The notes under the pieces were generated by a model that ran no database searches, was not told the DNA's origin, and was given only the letters and a program-made list of their open reading frames with translations. 64,000 nucleotides of DNA from assembly GCA_035524095.1 (NCBI GenBank), contig DATKPK010000264.1, forward strand, positions 10,546-74,545, given 5' to 3'. Shown in pieces: positions 39,059 to 46,533 of the stretch; position 1 is the stretch's first letter; each line of letters opens with the position of its first letter. Both the position numbers and the translations under genes were made by a program. The stretch comes from Candidatus Binataceae bacterium (GTDB taxonomy: Bacteria > Desulfobacterota > Binatia > Binatales > Binataceae).

Positions 39059-39673
39059 CTAATGACTATGCACGAGCGAATGCTCCACCAATGGCAGACG
39101 GTCGTTACCGAAGAACATCACCCCATCGACGAAGATCGTCGGCGACCCAAAACCTCCACGCTCGATTAGTTCGGTGGTGTTCGCTTTGAGCATATCCTTG
39201 TATTCGGACGCGGTGATTTTTCGGAAGTATTCGGCTTCTTCGAGGCCGCTGCCACGCACAATATCGCGCAAAACCTCGTCCTGGCTGATATCACGATTGG
39301 CGCCCCAATAGGTCTCGAAAACCAGCTTGGAGTAGGGTGCGATCTTGCCATGCTCTTGGGCCACAAACGCGCCACGCATCGCCTTGACGGAATTAACCGG
39401 GAAGACGACGAGGTCGTTCATATCGGTGATCTTCAGGCCATAGAGATGCGCCCAATCCTGCAGATCCTTCTTCATGTAACGCGCTTTTATCTTGACCGGA
39501 TTGGCGCGTTGCTCGTACACGGAAGGATTGACCGCGTTGAACACTCCGCCGACAAGAATCGGACGCCAGATCAAATCAGCCTGATGGCGCATCGCGACCT
39601 TTTCGATCTGGCTGAATGCCAGGTAAGTCCATGGGCTGGAGCAATCGTAAAAGAATTCAAGTTTTTTGCCCAT
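39059..39673 (-). CDS. DsbA-like thioredoxin-fold protein (2-hydroxychromene-2-carboxylate isomerase / GST-kappa family)
   Basis: MGKKLEFFYDCSSPWTYLAF.. N-terminus typical of the HCCA isomerase family. Start chosen at 39673, which has an AGGAGA RBS. The track ORF extends to 39733. Confidence 0.7.
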   Translation of the reverse strand: MGKKLEFFYDCSSPWTYLAFSQIEKVAMRHQADLIWRPILVGGVFNAVNPSVYEQRANPVKIKARYMKKDLQDWAHLYGLKITDMNDLVVFPVNSVKAMRGAFVAQEHGKIAPYSKLVFETYWGANRDISQDEVLRDIVRGSGLEEAEYFRKITASEYKDMLKANTTELIERGGFGSPTIFVDGVMFFGNDRLPLVEHSLVHSH

Positions 39674-39755
39674 CGCGGCTCTCCTATCGGACAAAGCTTT
39701 GGCGACCATAGCACGATCCGGCGACAGGCTCACGCTACGACGTCAAAAGTTGGCA

Positions 39756-40811
39756 TTAAGGAGATGGTGCAACAGGCGTCGCGTCCGATGGATTTGCATC
39801 ATTGCCAGCATCCCCGTCCGGATCAACCGATTGTGAAGCACCAGCCGTCTTCGAACCCTTGGCCTCGACTTTAACGAGTTCGACGTAGATGTAGCCGAAG
39901 TAAACATCGGCTGCCATCTGCACCGGCAGATGACGGCCATCGTCCGTTACCCAGATCGTCGTCTCCCTCGCCTGGCTGCGGAAATTCCCTTGGCTGAGCC
40001 ATATGACTGAGGGTTCGATCTTGAGCGTATTGAAGGTGCCCAACGGCGTCGTGATCCGCTCGCGGTCGATGACGTTGAAAGCAAAGACATAGCGATTGCC
40101 GCCGCTGAAAACGTCAAAAGTGAGATCATCGCCGGGTTTGAGCGGCTGCGAGAGCGCCATCATCGCGCCCGAAAATGGTCCCAGCGGATCGCCCCCACTG
40201 AACAGGCGCTCGGTGATCTCGCCCCGCCGGTTCCGTTTGATCGCGGTGATCAGGCGGTCTTGATGGTCGAAGGTTGTATGCCATTCGTCGAAGCGCTTTT
40301 TTTCGTGCTGCTGGATATAGATATTGTCGGGTTGGTAAGAATCGCGCGAGAAGTCCTCGCGAAAGTAGTCTCGCATCCGATAGACCAGATCTACGATCGG
40401 GCTGCTCGTGATCCACATCTCTCCGCGCCACCATTCAGGATGCGACCGGTTATGGCTGACAATCACGCGTGCTGACGCAGCAGGCGCGCCTAGCCAGGTG
40501 GCATTGTAGAATAAGGTCTCACCATCGTGAAAAGTTGGCGGACCCGGAGGATATGTGGGGATCTTTAGACTGTCAGGCAGTGGCATCGGGGTCGGCGAAG
40601 CTTTCGGATGCTCGTGATTAGGCATGGCGGCGTGAGCACCCGATAGACGTACAAAAGGACTGCTAGCAGCTATTGTCGAGAACAAGGCAAGCGCAAGCAG
40701 AATTAGAACCGCCATCGCCTGTCTAAGAGATGGCCCAAATCGTGTTGAAACCCTCGCCACCCCTTTACCTGCAATCCAGATCGAATACACTGGCCCATTG
40801 ATTCTGCCCAA
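39756..40811 (-). CDS. Secreted hypothetical protein (possibly DUF3108-like)
   Basis: Signal/anchor segment (AVLILLALALFSTIAASS) and Pro-rich linkers. Family assignment is tentative. Confidence 0.4.
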   Translation of the reverse strand: MGRINGPVYSIWIAGKGVARVSTRFGPSLRQAMAVLILLALALFSTIAASSPFVRLSGAHAAMPNHEHPKASPTPMPLPDSLKIPTYPPGPPTFHDGETLFYNATWLGAPAASARVIVSHNRSHPEWWRGEMWITSSPIVDLVYRMRDYFREDFSRDSYQPDNIYIQQHEKKRFDEWHTTFDHQDRLITAIKRNRRGEITERLFSGGDPLGPFSGAMMALSQPLKPGDDLTFDVFSGGNRYVFAFNVIDRERITTPLGTFNTLKIEPSVIWLSQGNFRSQARETTIWVTDDGRHLPVQMAADVYFGYIYVELVKVEAKGSKTAGASQSVDPDGDAGNDANPSDATPVAPSP

Positions 40812-40822
40812 TCCGGGAGGCC

Positions 40823-41599
40823 GTGGGAATGTTACGAAGCCCTCAGGTTGCTGCGATCGCCGCTGTTATAGCTGCGCTCGCGCTCGCCAGTCCGGCACTC
40901 GCTCAGATGGGTGAAGGCCGCGGCATGGCGGCCGCCAACAGTCCCCTTTCGCTCCAAAGTCTTGAGAGCTCCGGCAACCGGAAGCAGGGAGAAAAAGACG
41001 AGGACGTTATCAAGGACGCGAAGCGGGACATCGACGATGCCGATCCACGTGTGCGCGTTCAAGGCCTTGAAAAACTGCGCTACGTGCAAAGCACTGATGC
41101 TAACGATCTGCTCTTTCGCGGCCTCGTGGATTCCGACGTGCGCGTACGAATCAAGGCTATTGATGTTCTCGGTGCCCGCAGCGTTAACGACGCAGTTCCG
41201 GCTATGTCCCAGGAGTTGTTCTTGCGCGAAACGCCCGCCGTCGAGAAGCTTCATCTGGTTGCAGCACTGGGTCGGATTGGCGACCAGCGCGGGACCATGC
41301 CAGTAATTGAGTATTTGAAGGAAACCCAGGACTCCGATAGCCGCGGCACCGCGGTATTCGCGCTTGGCGAGATGGCCGATCCGCGCGCCAACGATACGCT
41401 GATCCAAATCGTTGATAATGATCCTAATGCGACCGTGCGGAAGCTTGCGCAGGAAGCCCTTGAAAAGATTGACGGCGAGCTGCCGAGCAATCATCAAGCA
41501 CAAGTCGAAGCCGCTCGCGATCAAGCTCTCGAACCGACCGACGAGAAGCTTGCGAAGATGCGCCAGATAGACGAAGAAATCCAGAAGAATAAATATTGA
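40823..41599 (+). CDS. Secreted HEAT-repeat (PBS-lyase-type) protein
   Basis: Signal peptide. Repeated ..D.D..VR..A...LG.. HEAT-like units (DADPRVRVQGLEKL, DSDVRVRIKAIDVLG, DPNATVRKLAQEAL). Confidence 0.7.
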   Translation: MGMLRSPQVAAIAAVIAALALASPALAQMGEGRGMAAANSPLSLQSLESSGNRKQGEKDEDVIKDAKRDIDDADPRVRVQGLEKLRYVQSTDANDLLFRGLVDSDVRVRIKAIDVLGARSVNDAVPAMSQELFLRETPAVEKLHLVAALGRIGDQRGTMPVIEYLKETQDSDSRGTAVFALGEMADPRANDTLIQIVDNDPNATVRKLAQEALEKIDGELPSNHQAQVEAARDQALEPTDEKLAKMRQIDEEIQKNKY

Positions 41600-41634
41600 T
41601 AAAATCCGAAAATCTCGGCCGCTCTGAACCGAAG

Positions 41635-42924
41635 CTAGATTCGAAGCAATCCGTTCACGTTTCCGCTGTCAGACGGATGGTCGGGGAATACCAGACTGAT
41701 CTGCTGGGCAGGCATGCCCATATGTGATCTCAAGACATTGCCAATAGGCTCGCGAAAATCCGTGGTCACGGGTACATCGCGTTCCTGATAAAGATCTTCC
41801 GGAGCCAAGCCGTTCCAGCCGGCGTACACCCTTGCTCCACGGATCGGACCGCCCATCACCCACATCACATTGCCATGCCCATGGTCGGTTCCGCCGTTCC
41901 CGTTTTCATGAACGGTCCGGCCGAATTCTGAGATCACGACAATAACCGTGTTTTCGTACGCCGGTCCAAGCTGACTGGCGAAACTCGCCAGGCCGTCCCC
42001 GAGCGGCTTCAGATGGTTGGCAAGTTGGCCTTTGAATGATCCCTCGTTGACATGAGTGTCCCATCCGCCAACCGCTAGAAAGGCAAGTCGGATGCTCGGA
42101 TCGCGCGCTATCAGGCGCGCCAGGCGGCCGGTATCGTCCGAAAAGCCGTCTGCTGGCGGCGCTCCCGCGTCTGCCTCCGTCATGTCTTGCTGTAATTCCG
42201 CGAGCAGCCGCTTGCGCGCGGCCTGCCCGTCGCGAAAGGTCGCGCTTAGTTGATCGGTACCGCTGTAGAGTTGGTCGAAAGCGTCCTCGATTTGAGGATT
42301 ATCGAGCGGCAATGGACGTGCGGCTGCGCGCCCCTGCAGGATATTCGCTACCGCCATACGACCCGAAAGAATCCGCGGCACGGTGGCGCCGATACTCACT
42401 GCTTCCGTTGGGCCATGAAAACCGGGAAGAGCGGCCAGTACACGGTTCATCCAGCCGTCTGGCGTTGTTCGCACGCCCGGCGTGCCGCTTTCCATGAAGT
42501 CTTGGGCATCGAAATGTGATCGGGTCGGATCCGGTGAGCCACATGCATGAACAAAGGCGAGTGTACCATCGCGCCATTGCGGCATCAGTGATGCAAGTGC
42601 CGGATGCAATCCGAAATGGCCGTCTAAATCGATTGCTGCGGCATCCCCACCGCCGGGCCGCGGAATCGCGATATTCGGTCGCTGCTCGTAATACTGCGAA
42701 TCGCCATACGGCACGACCACGTTCAATCCGTCGACTGCCCCGCGCATGAATACAACAACGAGCCGTCGATTGCCGCCGCTGTTTCCGAAGCTTGATGCGG
42801 CCCATCCATGGCTTCCGATCAGCACAACACCAGCCGCCGAGAGCGTCGCCGTAGCGCGGAGGAAATCACGCCGCTTGACCTCGTTGGCGGTCATCGAATC
42901 GCAAAGGTCGTCCGCTGTTGCCAA
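41635..42924 (-). CDS. DUF1501 family protein (Tat-secreted, sulfatase-like fold)
   Basis: Twin-arginine signal RRDFLRATATLSAAGVV; 429 aa; typical partner of DUF1800. Confidence 0.75.
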   Translation of the reverse strand: MATADDLCDSMTANEVKRRDFLRATATLSAAGVVLIGSHGWAASSFGNSGGNRRLVVVFMRGAVDGLNVVVPYGDSQYYEQRPNIAIPRPGGGDAAAIDLDGHFGLHPALASLMPQWRDGTLAFVHACGSPDPTRSHFDAQDFMESGTPGVRTTPDGWMNRVLAALPGFHGPTEAVSIGATVPRILSGRMAVANILQGRAAARPLPLDNPQIEDAFDQLYSGTDQLSATFRDGQAARKRLLAELQQDMTEADAGAPPADGFSDDTGRLARLIARDPSIRLAFLAVGGWDTHVNEGSFKGQLANHLKPLGDGLASFASQLGPAYENTVIVVISEFGRTVHENGNGGTDHGHGNVMWVMGGPIRGARVYAGWNGLAPEDLYQERDVPVTTDFREPIGNVLRSHMGMPAQQISLVFPDHPSDSGNVNGLLRI

Positions 42925-43201
42925 AGATTATCTCCGATCGGAATTTCTGGAGTCCTATTGCAGTGGAAACGTCAACTCGGCCATTGCTCAGTTGTGATCG
43001 CGATGCGCAATCGTCATCGCGAGACGCATCCGCTCGGTTTCGATCAGACTTGCGATCGCTTTGCGGATAGCGATCTGGCGGAATATCCTGCGGCCTTCAA
43101 GGCTGAAGAGTTGGTGCATATAGTTTTGAATCATCGATCGCATTCTTGCTATGCCAGAGCGCCGGGCCATTCCCTTAAATTGATTACTCATAGTCATTTC
43201 C

Positions 43202-44845
43202 TTAACGCATCATGAACTCAGGACTACCCAGTATAAGTGGTGCGCGCAGATTGGGTGGCGCGCCCTCGATCACCTCGGCGGTCCGTGGCGAGAAGAGGTC
43301 GCCGAGAGTTATCGCGAGTTGCGCCGGCTCGGGCGCAGAAGTTTCGTCTGTCGCAAATGCGGCTGTCCTGAAACTCGGCATTCGAGTTTCCGGATCAACC
43401 GGGTGCCCCAGTTGCAGGCGGCCCTTGCCGAGCGCTGTCGCGAAGCTGAGCCTCAGCATCATCGCATCGGGATTGAGCCACGCTTCGGTGGTGTTCTTGT
43501 AGCCGTCGGGAGTTTGGCAGCCATAGAGCGGCATGCCGAGAGCGGCCATCGTGCCCGCCAGTGGATTGACGTTGAGCACCTGCGCGTCGGTCGCACGCGC
43601 GGCCGAGATTACGTATTCGTAGGGCGTCTTGAACTTGTTACTGTAGTTGCGTTTATCCCAAAACTCGCCGCTGCCGAAAACAACTTCCAGCACGTCCCGG
43701 ATATTTCCGTCGCTTGCGAGATAGCGCGCTGCCATTCGCTCAACAAGAGCGGGCGGCGGATCGTCGGCGACGAAATACTGCGCGAGTTCGTAACTAAGAT
43801 GATTGGCGGTCGCTTGGCTTCGCGCGAGTATGTCGAGTGCTTCCTCGCCTTCACCCAGGCCGCGTCCTTCAATCTCACGGCCAAGAAAAATCTTGTCGCC
43901 AAAGTCATGACGCCGGCCGTAAAACATAAAGCCATACTGGCCAGCCATATTCTGCATTTGCTCCGATCTTGGACGTGATCCACCCTGGGCTTGACCCTGA
44001 TGCCGCCGTCCCGCACCAGCGAATCGGAACGGACGGATTCCAAATAGCTTCGGAAACATGCCACTGAAATTGCTTCGATGCGGGTGTGGCGGAGCACTTT
44101 CGCCTACCGCTGTTCCCTCGCGCTGAATACTCCAACCGGTCAGGATATGCGCCAAGGCGATCACATCTTGTTGCGTATAACCGCCGTTCACGCCGAGTGT
44201 GTGAAGCTCCATTACCTCGCGCGCGTAATTCTCATTTATGCCATCGAACTTCCCGTGGCTTCCGGGTGCGTCTGGCGCTGTGTTCTGCCAATTATCGAGA
44301 TAGAACAGCATTGCCGGATGATGGGCAGTTGCACCGAGCAGATCGCGAAAGCGGCCCATCGTATGCGGTCTGATCGCCTCCTCTTCAAATGCGCCGGTCC
44401 AGATTGAGCAAAGGCCTTTCCATGCGAAGATGTTGAAATGATTGAACCAAAAGGCCGCCATCACTTCTTGTAATTGCCGCGGCCCGTACAGGGCGCGAAT
44501 AATCCGCGCCTGCACCGCTTCCATCATCACTACCTTGGCCTCGCGCCGCGCCTCCTGCTTGGCCACCGTGTCGCCCTTCTGAATTTGACGAATCGGCTGC
44601 TGGAACTCTTGAAATAGCTGAACCGGAGTCATCCTGAGAGTTGGCATCGCATCGATCCGCTGTTGCAGTTCCGGTGGCTCGGGAATTGATGCCGGATCGA
44701 GCTGGCGCTCGATATATGCCTGGACGCCCATATTCCCTATCACGTCGCTATCACCCGGGCGTGGTCCGAAGCCGATTCGATTCAGCAGATGGATCGCCCG
44801 TTGATTTTCGGCGATCGGATTTGTGTATGTCTGCTCGGTGGCCAA
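43202..44845 (-). CDS. DUF1800 family protein
   Basis: N-terminus ..AIHLLNRIGFGPRPGD.. characteristic of DUF1800; 547 aa; adjacent to DUF1501. Confidence 0.75.
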   Translation of the reverse strand: MATEQTYTNPIAENQRAIHLLNRIGFGPRPGDSDVIGNMGVQAYIERQLDPASIPEPPELQQRIDAMPTLRMTPVQLFQEFQQPIRQIQKGDTVAKQEARREAKVVMMEAVQARIIRALYGPRQLQEVMAAFWFNHFNIFAWKGLCSIWTGAFEEEAIRPHTMGRFRDLLGATAHHPAMLFYLDNWQNTAPDAPGSHGKFDGINENYAREVMELHTLGVNGGYTQQDVIALAHILTGWSIQREGTAVGESAPPHPHRSNFSGMFPKLFGIRPFRFAGAGRRHQGQAQGGSRPRSEQMQNMAGQYGFMFYGRRHDFGDKIFLGREIEGRGLGEGEEALDILARSQATANHLSYELAQYFVADDPPPALVERMAARYLASDGNIRDVLEVVFGSGEFWDKRNYSNKFKTPYEYVISAARATDAQVLNVNPLAGTMAALGMPLYGCQTPDGYKNTTEAWLNPDAMMLRLSFATALGKGRLQLGHPVDPETRMPSFRTAAFATDETSAPEPAQLAITLGDLFSPRTAEVIEGAPPNLRAPLILGSPEFMMR

Positions 44846-45054
44846 TGTAATGAAGGAACTCGAAGAGTAGCTACTAACTAAGATACTAACTGGCTATTGA
44901 TTGGATAACGGTTCTATCGGATTTCCAGACGGTCGCTGCGAAAAAAAGCGTTGATACGGTGCCATGATCGCACATCGGCGTTTCAGTGCTCGTCGCAGTG
45001 TCTTGCTCCATCGACCTTCAAGCCAGCTCATCATCTATCGGGCCGTTGCGAGGC

Positions 45055-45459
45055 TTAGCGGCACCAACGATGATGAACGTTGTCCCAGCGCTGATGATTG
45101 AATACATACTCATCATGCACGAAGCCGTTGGGATGATCCCTGAACGAATCAGCGACGCGTGGATGTGCCCATATGTACTCGCGGAGTCCCGGATGAGCCG
45201 CTAGATAACCCGGATTGTCGATCAGGCGGGGATCGGCCGAAAGTTGTTGCCGTATTTCCGGGTGACTATCGAAATAATTATTGAAGTCGGCAACGTAAGG
45301 ATGATTATCGGCGTATCGAACAGGGTAACCATTTGGCGGACGGTAGAAACGGTAACTGGTGGATTGCGGCCATGTCTGCATAAAGCCCTGCGCCATCGCG
45401 GGAAGAGCGAGGCTTCCAGTAAAAAGCGCCGCCGAAACGATTGTGAACAAGCGTTTCAT
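45055..45459 (-). CDS. Small secreted protein with HP-containing short repeats
   Basis: Signal peptide (LFTIVSAALFTGSLALPAMA). Five xHPxx motifs (NHPYVADF, SHPEIRQQ, AHPGLREY, AHPRVADS, DHPNGFVH). Confidence 0.5.
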   Translation of the reverse strand: MKRLFTIVSAALFTGSLALPAMAQGFMQTWPQSTSYRFYRPPNGYPVRYADNHPYVADFNNYFDSHPEIRQQLSADPRLIDNPGYLAAHPGLREYIWAHPRVADSFRDHPNGFVHDEYVFNHQRWDNVHHRWCR

Positions 45460-45594
45460 TTCAATGACCTCCTATCATTTGATACGCAGCAGCAACCAGG
45501 GGGTTTCAGTCTGAAGCCCGTTCGGCACCCAGTCCCCTCGTCAGTCGTCCGGACAGGCTTGCACGCCAACGGCAAAAGGTTAGGCTGAGTCCGG

Positions 45595-46041
45595 ATGCCT
45601 GCGTCAAAGCGCACATACCCTCAGCAGGTTGGAGGAGCGCTGCATGGAATTCTTGCCCAACTCGATTCTGGCGGACGCTTCGACCTGATCCGGCTGATCA
45701 GAATCTGGCCTGAAACGGTTGGCGATGTGATCGCTCGACGCACCGAAGTAGCGAGCGTCAAATTTCACACCGCCGTTGTCAAAGTCAGGGGCGCGATGTG
45801 GATTCAGGAACTCAACCTGATGAAGCCGCAAATTCTCAACCGGCTGCGCGAGGCCCTCGCTGACGATTCGGTGCGCGATTTGCGCTTCGTGATGGGCAAG
45901 TTGAGCCGGCGCGAGCATCCTCGTCTCCGCGCCGTCCCGCGCGCTCCCCGGCACGCCATTGAACTACCCGAACTCAAGGACCCTGAACTTAGGCGAGCGT
46001 TTGCCAATCTCATTGAAGCGTGGGGCCGTGCCTGCCGCTAG
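45595..46041 (+). CDS. DUF721 (DciA-like) protein
   Basis: ..IWPETVGDVIARRTEVASVKFHTAVVKVRGAMWIQELNLMKPQILNRLRE.. matches the DUF721 core pattern. Confidence 0.55.
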   Translation: MPASKRTYPQQVGGALHGILAQLDSGGRFDLIRLIRIWPETVGDVIARRTEVASVKFHTAVVKVRGAMWIQELNLMKPQILNRLREALADDSVRDLRFVMGKLSRREHPRLRAVPRAPRHAIELPELKDPELRRAFANLIEAWGRACR

Positions 46042-46450
46042 ACCGGGCTTTTCCTGACATCGCGTTCCTTCTCCGTCCGAAGGGCCGGCAAAAGCAGAGA
46101 GTGGACCTCGTGACCGAGTAGCCTGATAACCGGTCTGAGAACCACTATTCTCCTCGGTCACATCTGCCGAAATAGATGGTTGTCCACAAACCTTAACGGC
46201 AGATCGGATTCAAACCTCGCCAAGCTGGTGCCCACCTCGGGTGCACAAGCCCCACCATGGCGTCGATCCCGCGTTCAGCCACGCGCGTGATTTAGCTCAG
46301 AATTCAAGACGCTGCGGCTGTTGCGGTGCGTCTGCATAGCTAGGTTTGAAATAGTTAGAATGAATCAGGCGAACATTAATAGAAAAGCCGTCAACAGCAT
46401 GATATGTTGTTATGAACAGGCCCGTCCACACTACCCATAGTATGTCGTGC

Positions 46451-46479
46451 TTGACACATTCAGCTCTCCGGTAATACTT
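46451..46479 (+). promoter_or_regulatory. Candidate sigma70-type promoter for nrdJ (TTGACA-N15-17-TAATACT)
   Basis: Perfect -35 hexamer and a near-consensus -10, about 60 bp upstream of the nrdJ start. Confidence 0.4.
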
Positions 46480-46533
46480 GAAAGCCACTAGGCACACATC
46501 AATTGCAAGCGGCGGTGGGGAAGGGGCGACCAA

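Noticed and set aside
43319-43978. 219-aa plus-strand ORF inside the DUF1800 gene, and similar long antisense ORFs inside nrdJ (47230-47769), typA (59132-59899), the HEAT gene (40832-41524), the amidohydrolase (22943-23392) and acs (33440-34063)
   Set aside because: All are embedded antisense to genes with strong homology signatures. This is a frequent artefact of about 60% GC.
46042-46533. Cobalamin riboswitch upstream of nrdJ
   Set aside because: B12 riboswitches usually control B12-independent RNRs, not nrdJ. No B12-box-like sequence was seen.
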